Below are positions 13,697 to 27,230 of a stretch of 64,000 bases of DNA, in pieces; within the stretch, counting starts at the first letter, position 1; the number at the start of each line of letters is the position of its first letter. The DNA is taken from NCBI GenBank assembly GCA_012026655.1, contig JAAILG010000113.1:1-64000 (forward strand), read 5' to 3'. The position numbers and the translations under genes are program-made. The notes under the pieces are model-generated. The model did not search any database, was not told the DNA's origin, and worked only from the letters and a program-made list of their open reading frames with translations. Source of the DNA: Hydrolagus affinis (Eukaryota).

Positions 13697-16001
13697 TGGC
13701 AGTTGTGTTTCTTGTATCATTACCTGCTGCCCGCAGAGCACTTTGGATGCAGAAGGCCCTTCAGGCCATTTGATCTCATATCTTTGCATAACAGCATCAA
13801 ATGGTTTCTTTAATGGCCATCCCTCCCACCCACCCCCACCTTTGCTGGTAAAGTATTCTGATTGTTGCTCACTCTCTGTGTGAAGAAATACTTCCTATTT
13901 GTGAATCATGGTCAGGCAGTTTGAGGCTGCCCTTAAGACCTCTGAAGTAACAAGCTGCACAGTTCACAGTGTAATGTTGCTGCTTTGGTGCTGAGTTTGT
14001 ACTTTATTGTTCCTGAGCTGTGCCTAATGCAGACAGCTGTTTTGAGGCAGTGTTTTGAGCCTGGCCTTTTGACTGCATCAATGTTACCCATATGTGCTGA
14101 GCACAATAATTCGCTTGACAGTTGCTTCGCGGGTCATTTGGGGGCATTTCTGGTGTGAATACAGAGACACAAAAGGAGGCTTTAGCTACCTTCTATATTT
14201 ACACGAAAGGCGCTAGACAAATGTAATATTGTTGTTCTAATATCTTGAATTTAATTACAACATTATGGCTATTGTGATAATGAGATCAATTGCTGAGACA
14301 AAACTGGGTGTAAAATAATACACATGTGAAAAGGGCTGGCTTTTTCCATAGTAAATGAGATTGAGAGAGGATATAATAGAGGTGTTTACTGTTCTGAGGA
14401 AGATGTGCAAACCCTGGATCGTTCAGCATCTTGGGACATTGTCCCAATGTGAAGGGCGCTATATAAATTTGTAATGGACTGTATTGTTTTTAGAATGACA
14501 TGGCAGACTTAGGGGGTGGAAAAACATTTCCTTTGGTTGCAGATATAACTGGAAAGAGAGCACTGTTTGTTAGACAAAAAATTAACTGACAAATTTCCTC
14601 ACTCAGAGAGTTGTAAGGGTTTGGAAATCATTACCACAAGTGGCTATTTATGCCGGATGAATAGAGTTATTCAAAAGCAAAGTGGATAATCACCAACACA
14701 GTAAAAACAGTTCGGAGATGTATAGGAGAGAGTTGGGAGTGTGATTAATAGAGGAAAGTTGATTTTGAGAAAAAAAACAGTGGCATAAATACAATAGCCA
14801 AATGAATAGCTCCCTTCTGTACAAAACATGTAAATGTGCTTTTATCCTCTACACACTATTCCAATCAAAACTCGATCTTCCCTGGTACTACTGGATTTTT
14901 AACTCCTTGTCCCACCTCTGTACCCCACCACCTTCCCCCACCTCCCCCCTCCCCTCTTCAGTCTTAGCCTTTTCACAATAACAATATGGGCTTTAAGAAA
15001 TCTAAGCTTGGCATCACTTGCCAGTACATTGTCATTTATCTTATCTTTTCGACCTTGGTGGTGTCCTGCACTATTGGCCTTGATCCATTACTAGGTAATA
15101 AACCGACGTTTGACTGGAAATCAAAGTACAATTATTCTCGGAACACAAATTTCATATTTTATATTTCTTGTCGTTCAGACTATTTGTCATGAAGTATAAC
15201 TTCCAGACCCATTGCACAATGTCACAATCGTGATGATAAATCTCAGTATTGGCGCTTTGACAAGGAAGTCATGTTTTAAGAAATAATGCTTGCTTTTGAT
15301 ATGCTGCTTTATCACGTCTTCGAGACATTTCAAAGTGCTTCACTGAACATACTGTGAAGTGAATTACCTGTATATTTTGTGGGTGAAACGCAGCAGCCAA
15401 TTGTTATCGGCCTGTTGCCAGACACCTAATTATGTTGTTTCAGGCAGTGAAAAGGATGACATTAGGACTACAAATTCACCGGTTGAGACATTCCCTTGAC
15501 GGATACCAACCAGGTGACATGGCCTGGGAGATTGGTCTTACCCTTTGGGAAGGGAATTTGTTGCTCTGGTAGAATACAAGGATTTTTTTTATGTTAACCG
15601 CAAATCCTTGATTTTCCCTTAACCTGTTTAGATATTAGATCTCATCAGATTTCAGGAATGAAAATGACGTGGTCAAAACCCAATGTGGAACACTAGCAGA
15701 GATTAGACCCCACTGAGACAAACTAATCACACATCCGTAATGTGTAAAATGATCTCTTAAGGAGAAACTAGTCCTTTGTCATTCTTTGATGTGTAAGGTA
15801 TTTCCTCTGTCCCTTCTTAATCTAATCATAATCCTTCTGTTGGGTAAAAAGCTTTAACATATAATTGAGATTCAATAGAATACAAAATTACATTTGTATA
15901 GCACCTTTCATGTTGGGAGGACGTCCCAAGGAGATGTCTCAAAGTGCTTCACAGGATTTTACTGTGATGTGCAGTGATTGTGTATTGGTAGGCAAACACG
16001 G

Positions 16002-16547
<546 letters not shown>

Positions 16548-17349
16548 TAAGTGCCACTCGAAACAATAACATATACCCAGAAGGGCCACACATTTGATCT
16601 CAAATTTGGGCTGAATTTAGTGATCGCCAGGTGGAGAAACTAATCACACATCTGTAATGTGTACCCAGTGCTCCGTCACTCTTTAATGAGATGGATGTTA
16701 AAGCCAATACAATTTACATTGACATAATGCCTCTGACATCAGGAGGGCCACTACTAAGTACTTAAATTAAATTAGAAAATACTAATAAAAATATCAGGCA
16801 GTAATTCTGCTCCCAATTGTCATTCGACGTCTATTACTTGAAGAACTCACAGGAACAAACTTGATTAAAATGTTCCAATGGATGAATAACATCACCATTG
16901 TCGCATGAGAAATGAACACTTGGATGAGGCACAAGTGAGTGGGCACTGCCTACTGAACTGTATTCCTGTCTGAGATGGGAACCCCAGGAGGACAAATTAC
17001 TAGAGGATGGCAAACAAGGTCTAGTTATACCATTAGAATAATGCTCCTGATATATGTGTGATAGGCTTGAGTTGAAATATGGTTGTGAATTAATTTTCAG
17101 ACTGAATTATACTGTCAAGGATTTTAATGCTGTAAAACACAAAATTTCAACAGTAATGGCCTTGGGGTGTAATTTGCGAGATTTGTAAATAATGGATCAT
17201 GGATCTCTGTTATAGCAGAATATTACAGCACAGAAATTGACAATTTGGCCCACCAAGTATTTTTTTTTCTGCCACCCGACTGAATTTCACTCTCTGCTCA
17301 TTCCCTATTCCCTTAATATTCCTCCTCTTCAAACACCTCTCCAAAAAAA

Positions 17350-17757
17350 TTTTCTTGTGAGGGATTATTATCAGATATATGGAGTAAGGAAACTTGCCCA
17401 AGGTTTTGTCCTGCCAGGAATTGAACTCAGGTCTCTCACTTGTGAGGCGAGTGCTCTTACCCCTGAGCTACAGGCATCCAGAACTCCAGTTGGGAAAGTT
17501 TGATTCCTCCACACGCCTCTGTTTACCGAGCTGTAAGTAAGAACTCGATTGTTAGTCGATTGGTGGATCACTTTTCCAAGGATAATAATTCCTTTAAAAA
17601 TAATGAATTGGTCACTCAATCCATGAGTGTTTGTGGGACACCGCTGAGGGCCTGCAAAATATACAGACAATTCACTTTACAGTATATTCTGTGAAGCTCA
17701 TTGAGACGTCTCAAAGAAGTAATGAGGCACACCATCAAATGCAACGACCATTATTAT
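17350..17757. mobile_element. Two abutting SINE fragments: head on - strand (17350-17479) and 5'-truncated long-subfamily copy on + strand (17490-17757)
   Basis: Matches the SINE consensus in opposite orientations. Confidence 0.8.
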
Positions 17758-17869
17758 GTAAAGAATCCCTTTAATTCATGAATTTGTGCCATTGCATTAC
17801 TGATTTAGTTATTCAATTATCCGCGAATAATTTTTCTCCAGTCATTTTATACAATAAATTATATTTCAG

Positions 17870-18004
17870 GAAATTGATGGCAGTGCTGAAGAGTTATCTG
17901 GACAAGTCCAGTCGGGGTGATCCTTGTGAGCCGATCCTACGGACACTCAAAGCTTTGGAATACATTTTCAAGTTCATTGTACGCTCCAGGTCCCTGTTTG
18001 CACA
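17870..18004 (+). CDS. DOCK2: DOCK2 exon (~exon 22): [44 protein letters not shown]
   Basis: cag|G acceptor and CA|gtaagt donor, 135 nt. SSRG.[14 protein letters not shown] matches DOCK2. Confidence 0.96.
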
Positions 18005-19859
18005 GTAAGTTGAAATTCTCAGTGACTGGTATCTGTTTCTATTCATTATTACAACTGTTATCAGATCTGTTGGCCATGTGTGCTGGTCCAGTGGGTTTAG
18101 TTTGGTCAGCTGGTGTCTGGGACACACTATCACCTTGCTGAAGTGTATCCCATCTAGACTGAGATCAACATACGTATGCCACATATGCATGGGCATTTCC
18201 CCGTGTCTGGAATGCAATCTCTCTCTAAAGAGATGCACTTTGTTTAACTAATTCTGGAGAATATTGAGCACACAGCTTGGAGACCCCAGAGCCTACATTT
18301 GGGTACAGCTGGAATTTAACCAGTTGAAATTGCATTGATAGCACTCTCTGGCAAACTTCCCACTGTTTGTCTAGCTGCCACCTATTCCCATTAAAATTCT
18401 CTAATACAGAGCATGGAGAAATGGTAGCTCAGTGGGAAGAATATAATTTACGTTTATATAGCACTTTCACATTGGGAGGATATCTCGGAGCACTTAAAGA
18501 CCAGAATCCCTGTTCCCAGTGACTGATGCAGTGTGTTGGAGTATCGTGGACCCGCCTAGGTCAGAAACCAGACTATTGAGATCACAACACAGGTTTGATT
18601 TGATTGTGACATTCTATTGGCAAACGTATCACCTCAAGAGGATATTTGAGGCAGAAATGTCCTGAATTATTCAGGAGTGAGGAGAATGAAAAGAGAAATC
18701 ACCAAGTATGAGTGACTATGAGTTGAATTAAAAAAAAATCAGAATTGAACAGTAAGGAAATGCACGAGGCATCATTTTTGTGAGTGGTTCTCAGCAGCTT
18801 TAATCTTGGTCTGAAAACAAAGTTTTTTGGGGGAAAAAAAATTGGTGCTGGCAATTGCAAAGGGATTTTTCATTATTCATGGTATCTGCTATATTGTGTA
18901 TTACAATTGAATTTATTTTTGTGGTGAGAGGTGAGGCAAGCGCCATGGTTGCTGTAGGTTTTGCAATATTCTGCTCTGTTCAGCAAATTTCTCAAATTTA
19001 CTCCAGTCCACCTATAATAAACAAAATTGAAATTGCATTATCATAGAATCATACATCCCAGTTGTAAGCCATTCAGCCCATCGTGTCTGTGCCGGCTCTT
19101 TGAAAAGAGCTGTCCAAATCAAGAGTTAGGGCACGGGGACGAATTTGTAAAAAGAAATATAAATGTTCTGAATGAAGGTTAGAAAGCAATTGCAATCTTA
19201 GAGTCTTATCATGAACCACCTGACAGCATTTCATAAGTAATTATTTTCCAAGAATAATGATTTTATTTTGTTGCCACACTCAGCAATCATATATTGCACA
19301 GTAAGGTCCCACATGTATCTATTACCATTTTATTTGATGGATTGTTGCCCCGAACACTGGGAGAAATTCCCTTCACTTTTCAAATTGTGATACTCAATTT
19401 ACTACTCAGGAATATAGGAAAACAGGAAAAGGCCATTCCACACAATGTTCCCCCCATTTTAATCCCCTGCTCTGCTTTTTGCTATACCCCTTAATACTTC
19501 TACCCTAGAAGTTTCTGACTTACGTTTCTGATATCTAGTTTCTGACGTCCTACGTTGTGAAAGGTGCTCTACACATGTAATTTTGTTGCTAAGAACATAA
19601 GAATTCACCGAAGGAAGACCAAGGTGCATCCAAATCATGTTCCACCATCCTGATATAAATACAGTATATAAGTAATATAAATAATGATTAAATAGATTTA
19701 AATATATTTTACATATCTTTATTGTTTCTGCCCCAATAATTTTCTGAGGCAATATCATATCTTTACAAAGCATTTGTGTTAAGAAATACTTCCTTTCTCA
19801 GTATTAACTGTCTTTGTTCTGATTGTTAGGTCTACCTTTTGGTAATAATTCCTTCTACT

Positions 19860-20210
19860 GGAGGTTAGAATATAACCTGTCAATTCCTTTCATTAATTTC
19901 AATATGTCAATTAAATGAAGCTTTAACTTGCTCTGCTCTAAAGAACATAACCCTAGTCTGTCCTCCTTCTCAAAATAACTAAACCTCTTCAACTCAGGTA
20001 TTAATCTCAGGAAAGGTTGCTGGAATTCTGTAAAGTGCCTAAAACTGAACATAGTATTCCAAATGAGGTTTGACCAGTGCTCTCTTGGAGCAGAACTGTC
20101 TTGTTTTTATATTCCAGTAATAAATGCCAGCATATCAACTGCCATATTGCCTGCTTTCTATTCCTGTGAACTAGATTTTAATGATCTGTTGACATGAACC
20201 TCTTGATCTC
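19860..20210 (-). mobile_element. Degraded CR1 LINE fragment
   Basis: Minus-strand peptide RLIPELKRFSY...RLGLCSLEQ...ILKLMKGID. Confidence 0.7.
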
Positions 20211-20599
20211 TTAGTTGAACTTTCCTTCCTGTCGCTTCTTTATTTCTAACATACTTCCAAATGCAAATCTTTATTTTGAAGTGTGCTATCCAACAATTTA
20301 CAGTATTATATTTTAATGTTACAATTATGCTCACTCACTTAATCTTTTTTCGCTTTGTATTTAGAACGGAAATGTATTTATAAATCACTGGTGCAATCAG
20401 CTCTGGAACTCGCTTCCTCACTCCCTTTGCCTCTTCCTAGTTTCAGGTTCTCAGCTGAAGACCTTTCTTTTCGACCGTGCTTTCGGTCACCTTTTTCCCC
20501 CTGCCCCTGGCTCGGCCCCGGAATCCATTATTGTGAAGTGTTCTGAGACGCCGCCCAGCGTGTAGGGCATTATATAAATTGAAGTTGTTGTTCTTGTTG

Positions 20600-21155
20600 A
20601 GTATTGTGTGAGGTTCTGGTCACCGCAATACAAAAGGATCTTGCAGTGATCAAGAGGATACAGGGGCAACCAAAATGATTGAGGGGATGGAGGGTCTGGA
20701 CTATGAGGAGTGATTGGGTAAGCTGGGCATGCTCACACTGGAAATGATAAGGTTGAGGGGCAATATGATTAAGGTTCTTAAGATTCAAAAGGGATTAGAT
20801 AATGTGGACCATGATAAATAATAATAATCTTTGCATTTGATAAAGTGCTTTTCACGTCTTCTAGTCAAACTCTTGTATATTGTACTGGAGGACATGGCCT
20901 GAGATTGAACAGGGGTAAATTCAGAACAAATCTACGGAATGTAGTAAACATACAGAACAGTCTCCCTCTAGGAGGACGGTGGAATCAGAAAGTATTGATT
21001 CTTTCTAGAGCAAATTTGATAGATTTCTGTTAGGAAATAATATCTCAGGATACAATATATAGTTTGGGATGTGACATGTGCATGCGACAGACAGGATGGT
21101 GGAAGGTGTACTGAATGGAACTTGGTCTTCTTTTGCCTCGCAAATTCTTATGTTC
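20600..21155 (+). mobile_element. Degraded CR1 LINE 3' fragment
   Basis: CR1 C-terminal motifs (FWSPQYKRIL, GMEGLDYEE, TGGHGLRL) and a TTCTTATGTTCTT tail. Confidence 0.75.
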
Positions 21156-21333
21156 TTTTGTATTTGTTCTCCTATCCTCTGCATAGGGGGCACCACTTAG
21201 TACTCCCCAATCAGAGAACATTCTTTTTATTGTCTGTATCCCAGCTTCCAACCAATTTCATATCCATTAATGATTTCAGTGAAGCTTCTGCACATAGCAA
21301 GCAAGTGCTGTGTGCAGGAAGTGATTTCAAAGA

Positions 21334-21686
21334 TAATAATAATGATCCTTGCATTTGATATAGAACCTTATCCTGTCTTCGAGACGTCTCAAAGTGCTTC
21401 GCAGAATATACTGCAAAGAGAATTGACTTCATATTGGGCAAAGTGGGCAAAATATGGCAGTCAATTGGATTGATTGACCAAATTATCCTTATTTATTCAT
21501 GAATTTAAAAATTTTTGAAGCGTTTATTACCCCCGGAAAAGTGAGCCGCCAGTCGAACAACAACCAGGTTCGTACATCCTATTAAATAACACGAGGAGTG
21601 TGGAGTAGGGAAACATGCCCAACTTTTCGTGCTCCGATCCACTTGTTTGCAAGGTGAGTCCTCTAACGAGTAAACTGCAGGACTCC
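21334..21686 (-). mobile_element. tRNA-derived SINE, long subfamily (degraded)
   Basis: Tail, central segment and head are recognisable on the minus strand. Confidence 0.8.
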
Positions 21687-21848
21687 TCAGTGATGCTTCA
21701 TTATTCTTTTGAGCTGATGAGCTGTGGGGAATAGGAGCAATCTGATGGGGTTTTCCTGTATGAAACAAAGACTTCATACTTGGCTTGATCCTTTAAATTT
21801 CAGTCAATCTGTCTCTAAACAACAAAATGTTCTTTTATTTTGCCTCAG

Positions 21849-21957
21849 ACTTTATGAAGAGAAGGAGCAAGACGAGTTTAAGGAATCACTGAAAAATCTG
21901 TTCCAATCCATCAACAATCTGATGAAAAGTCAACAAACTACAATTATTCTACTACAG
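21849..21957 (+). CDS. DOCK2: DOCK2 exon (~exon 23): [36 protein letters not shown]
   Basis: cag|A acceptor and CAG|gttag donor, 109 nt. Confidence 0.95.
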
Positions 21958-22705
21958 GTTAGCTGACCCATGTATTACCAGCAGTAACTTGACTTTATAT
22001 AGCACCCTTCACACAGGACAGAGCCTTGTAGTGCTGAACAGTTGAAGTGCTGATCAGCTTTTCTGCCCCCCACTCGGGCCCAAATCTCATGACTATCCAG
22101 TGCCTTGAAATGGCACTAAGGCACCATACAAACATAATTTTGTATTGTATAAAAGTACTGTATTGGAAACATATTTTATGTCAGAGTGTGACCCAGCAGA
22201 TCACTCCAGCAATTGCAGTAGCTGGAAATGCAGCCATCAGCAGCGCTAAACTTCACATGTAAATCAACAAGTATCTACTGTCAGTGTTTGTCAAATCAGT
22301 CTTCACTGTATGGTTTTTTTTTAATGTATTTTTATTCTTGTATTTGATACAGGGCCTTATCATATTGAATCATCTCAAAGAACAATAAGTTACTTTGAAA
22401 TATAGTGACATTTGTTTTGCAGATAAGTAAGGCTGCTATTCTGCTCTGGTTGTGTCCTCTAAACAGAAATGTGGGAAGTTGATGAATGAGTTTGATTTGT
22501 GTGGAGGAGTGAGTGTAAATTTGAATAACTGAATCCAGTTGAAGACTCATTTGCGAACAGTGCAATGCTATCTTTAATGTCTATTTGTTCTGACAAACGG
22601 AATTCCAGTTTAACATCTAATGCATTGATAGTCTGGATAATAAGATGTGATGTATATTCAGTGCTATTTGACCCAATGTTACTCATTTCTTTCATTCAAA
22701 CTCAG

Positions 22706-22776
22706 GTTGCTTCTTTAAAATATCTACCTTCAGTACTTCATGATGTTGAGACAGTCTTCGATGTCAAGTTACTGAG
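22706..22776 (+). CDS. DOCK2: DOCK2 exon (~exon 24): VASLKYLPSVLHDVETVFDVKLL
   Basis: cag|GT acceptor and AG|gtaagc donor, 71 nt. Confidence 0.95.
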
Positions 22777-25578
22777 GTAAGCAAAGAACATACTTTAAGC
22801 AAAAGTTTGCAGTCCTAAAAATGGCAGGTTAAAGATAGGCCAATTTGTGCATCAAGCCTATACTGATAATGCTCCGTGGTTGAGCTAATAACTTCAAACC
22901 AAATCCCTGATACATGTAATGGGCCTGGATAGGCAGTGGAAAGCTTGCCCGATGATCACTTAATCCCAAACTATGGGGTTATAAATGGTTGATCTCCAGC
23001 TATGCCTAATGCCTACTTTAAGGTTTAGTTAACACCCAAACTGTAGTTCTCACCAACCTGTACCTAATACTGATCAGAATTAGATAAACAGGTTGTGTTC
23101 TTCCAGTTAAAGAGTGCGCATTTCATTCAAGACATGGGACATTTTCATTTATAGGGGGCAGACATATGTGAAACTCTTTTTGGTTTGGATATTCTTAAGA
23201 ATTTTGATGGGTTGTCAGACACCAAATAACAATCTACTTGAATACTATTTCTTTGTTTATTTCCCTGCTTCTTCTACATTATTCTGCATTTAAAAAAAAT
23301 CTAATTCCCTTTTAAATGAGGTTATGCTCAGATGGGGGTCTAAAACATGGTTATCACAACAAATTGCTTAATGTAAACGATCTACCTGCAGATTCCTGAT
23401 AACTGGAAGATGTCACACCAATTTACGCAATCTCCATTCTGAGTGCAGATCAAGTGTGACGATATCCCTGAGAGTTAGAAATACAGTTCAATATCCCCGT
23501 GTGTTAGACTGAAACAGTTACTTGTAGTTAAGTATGCTCCAATAACACCTGGTGTGAAAAAAAATCAAATCTCCCATTTAATTTTTTCCAGTAGTTATTC
23601 TGAGCTTTTGCTCGTTGGCTATTGATTTACAAACCAGCAGGAATAATCTTTCACTGATTCAACTTTTTGCAATAAATCAGAAATGTATGTGTAATGTACA
23701 GAAGAGCACACCATGTGGAAAGCCTTTTATGGACTCAGGAATCTGAAAACTGCAGAAAGCAATTGTGCTTCTTTGATGCCTGTGAAAGGGTGACCGATGG
23801 AGCTCAGTGCTTCTCATTTTAAAATGTGAAGAATGGCGGACCAACAGTCTATGGGATACAGTTTTTACACTGCACATAAACCTGACCAGCATAAGCGATG
23901 AGCAACAGTCATAAGATTTTTAAAAAAACAGCTTAGGAATTCATGCGCAACAGCATGAGCTCTAGCTTCTAGGTTTATTTCACATGTTTTCTCTTCGAAG
24001 CTTTGGTGGGTTGAGAGGTGCAGTAGTCTAGGTCATTTCCTCATAACTTGCCCACATTAGAAATTGCTTTATTCAATGATGCACTGGCTTTTAGCTATTC
24101 CACAGATCTGAAGATGTGATCTGAAGATGCACAAGAAGATGTCAAGCAGTGAGATTGAAGCAGCGTTCCAAAGTTTGGAGGAGTAGTATCTGAAAACATG
24201 GCCGCCAATGGTAGAGTAGAAGGATGAGGGACATGTGGAAGGCTGGAGCTAGCTGAGTGAAGAGCGTGGGTGGTGAAGTGGTGTGTAAGCAGGTTGAAGA
24301 GTTAGGGAGGTGCCAGGGCATGATCTGTAGGTAAATGTGAGGATCTTGAAATCAACCTGTTCTGCAATATGGAGCCAGTGAAGCCTGAAAGGAACATGCT
24401 GCTTAGTTTCATTTTGTGCCAAATAAAAGAGACAGAGTCCTGCTCTGGGCAAGGTGGGAATAGGATATTGTCCAAAAACACAATGAAAAAGAGAGGTTTT
24501 CTAGGAGGATTCTAACCACAGGGAGAAAGGCCACAAGGCAAGGTACCAATAGCAGGGGCATAGTACGTGGAAGCTTGCCACAAAGGGTGAAAAGCATTTG
24601 GATGAAGAATTGCTTCTTAATCTCACTTCTAACTTGTTCACATTTAGTTTTGAGACTGTGTCCCTTTGGTTTGGATCCTTTCACCAAACTATGATTGAGC
24701 TTGTTGATTCCTAAGACACGATTGCCTTAATCTGCGCTCAAATCAACCGTAAAACTTTCTGCCAAGTTTCCAGTATTCTTTGTTTGAGTCTGGAACCAGC
24801 AAGCATTATCAGGCTGAATTAGTGGCTGCAATGTAAACATCTGTGTTTATGTTTTTTTTGCTCTGGAACCTATATGTAGGGATCTGGTTAATGATCAGAG
24901 TCAGGAACACTGGTGGACTATTTCCTCACTATCCAGATGGACAAGTAATCTTGGTGCCTTCCTGGCCTGTATGAGTCTCTCCCTCACTGGGAAGCCACCG
25001 AGGGAGCCCTGAAAAATGATTAGTCTAACACTAACATTGAACGATGAACACTTACAAATGAAGGTTTCCATGGAAATGCAACATAGATGGTTACAATTTG
25101 CAGTATTCACAAAACAACATATTGTCAAGTTTGTAAAAAGGCCAAAGCGCCATCTCTTCACAATATCTGGTTTGGCCCTCTAGATTTATTTTTGGTATTT
25201 TTACAGCTTTTCAAAATCACAACAAGGTATTTGGTGAGTGTGGGAAATTAAATTGTTAAAGCTTTGAATTAAAATTTTCCAGCTCCTTTGCACATATTGC
25301 AAATCAATTTGGATATCAATTTCTATTTATTTTCTTCTCTTGTAAGGCAGAAGGTTGTGGTTTCAAGCCCCATATTAGAATTTAAACTCATAGTCATAGC
25401 TGATACTTCAGTGGAGGATGAGGGAGTGCGGAATTATCAGAGGTGTCTTACATCAGATCAGATGTTAAACTGCTCTGATCGGGTAGTTAATAATGATCCT
25501 ATGACACTATTGGGAAAAAAGAACATTTCACCTGGCCATCAATCCTCCAAAGAAATTGACCAGTCACCTCATGGTAAT

Positions 25579-25890
25579 GGAGCCCTGCAGCTCAGTGGTT
25601 AGAGCACTCCCCTTACAAGTGTGAGACCTGGGATCAATTCCAGGCAGGGCGAAACCTTGAGCAAGTTTCCTTACTCCAAATGCCCAATAATAATCCCTCA
25701 ATAAAACCAATAGTAAATTGGTCATTTCAATCCACAACTGTTTGTGGGACACTCCTGTGCGCATTTGGTTGCTGTGTTTCGCCCACAATTATACAGTCAA
25801 TTAACATTACGGTATATTCTATGATGCTCTTTGAGATGTCTAGAAGACATGAAAAGCGCTACATCAAATGCAAGGATTATTATTATTTAT
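25579..25890 (+). mobile_element. tRNA-derived SINE, short subfamily
   Basis: A box (AGCTCAGTGG), B-box-like GGATCAATTCC, Deu-like domain and (ATT)n tail. Confidence 0.85.
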
Positions 25891-26044
25891 AATTGTTATG
25901 GCCGTTTGAAGCACATTGACCAACACAGTCACTATCATTAACAGTAATCACCCGTGAAACACTTTTAAGACATTTTGATGTTAGAAGAGGTATAATACAT
26001 CAAATTCAGGAATTATCATTATTCCTTTTCTCTTTCGTCTGCAG

Positions 26045-26151
26045 CCAGCTCCTTTTGGAATTCTATACCAGCATCGCTCCTGACAAGCTACACAAGCAGA
26101 AAATCCAGTCGTTGACAGAGATTGTGTCCAGCAAACTCTTCCAGAAAAAAG
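26045..26151 (+). CDS. DOCK2: DOCK2 exon (~exon 25): [35 protein letters not shown]
   Basis: Polypyrimidine tract with cag|C acceptor and G|gtgagg donor, 107 nt. Absent from the ORF track; phases fit both neighbours. Confidence 0.94.
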
Positions 26152-26910
26152 GTGAGGCAGGTGGAACACCAGTGCATTGTATATCTGGTTTGTAGATTGT
26201 GGCTTTGTGGAATATATGATTAACTAAACAAAGGAGAATTAAAGTGCCCCCTTGCTATAGTCAGCAAGGGACTGGGACCTGAATTGACTTTGATACCTGC
26301 ACTAAAAGAAAAGACACAGTGAGAACGAGCTGGTCTTCGGGTGACAGAAAACAATTGGGGGGAAGAAAGAGAGAAACATAACTTGCTTGTTTTTGACATC
26401 CTCCTGATGTCAAAGGTGCCATATAAATGTAAACTGTATTGTATTTTAAATTGTGGAGAATGTGGTTTTGTTTATGCTTCAATAGATTTTTTGTACTAAG
26501 TATTGATCTGATTCCTGATAATAGAAAAACTCTCCAACCCCCACCCCCACATACACACAAAGCTGCAGAGAATTATTTGTAAACTGAGATGTCTGAGGTT
26601 TCTACATCTAATACCTTCAGTTTGAGGAAGGATGGAATTCTTTTGTCCCACATTTTAGGGATCAAACATCTTATTTAGAAAGTAATTGCTCCTGTAAATC
26701 ATTCTGTAAGGTGCTTGGTGATGTGAGGCGGAATACAACTATAAGAATTATTATAGTCAGCGATTCAACACACAAATAGTCAGAAATACAAAACAACTAT
26801 AACCATATCCAAATTATATTTCAAGAGACAGGATCACTCAATGTCAAACATCAACTTTAGTTGAATTTGATAGTTTCCTGAGATTACACTCACTAACTGT
26901 AAAGATGTGT

Positions 26911-27230
26911 GGAGCCCTGTAGCTCAGTGGATAGAGTGCTTGCCTCGCGAGCAAGAGACCTGGGTTCGAATCCCGGTAGAGCAAAACCTTGGGCAAGTTT
27001 CTTTACTCTACAAGCCTGATAAAAAATCCTTCATGAAAAAAAACCTAATAATAAATTGGTCACTTCAATCCTCAACTGTTTGTGGGACACTGTTTGTGTG
27101 CAATTTGCTGTCGCGTTTTGCACACAAATGTACAGGCAATTCACTTTACAGTATATTTTGTGAAGCGTTTTGAGACGTCTAGAAGACATGAAAAGCGCTA
27201 TATCAAATGCAAGGATTATTATATTATTAT
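26911..27230 (+). mobile_element. tRNA-derived SINE, short subfamily, intact A and B boxes
   Basis: TAGCTCAGTGG...GGTTCGAATCC, with full body and tail. Confidence 0.88.

Noticed and set aside
26911-26985. tRNA-like sequence with A and B boxes
   Set aside because: It continues directly into the SINE body and tail and recurs many times, so it is a SINE head and not a tRNA gene.
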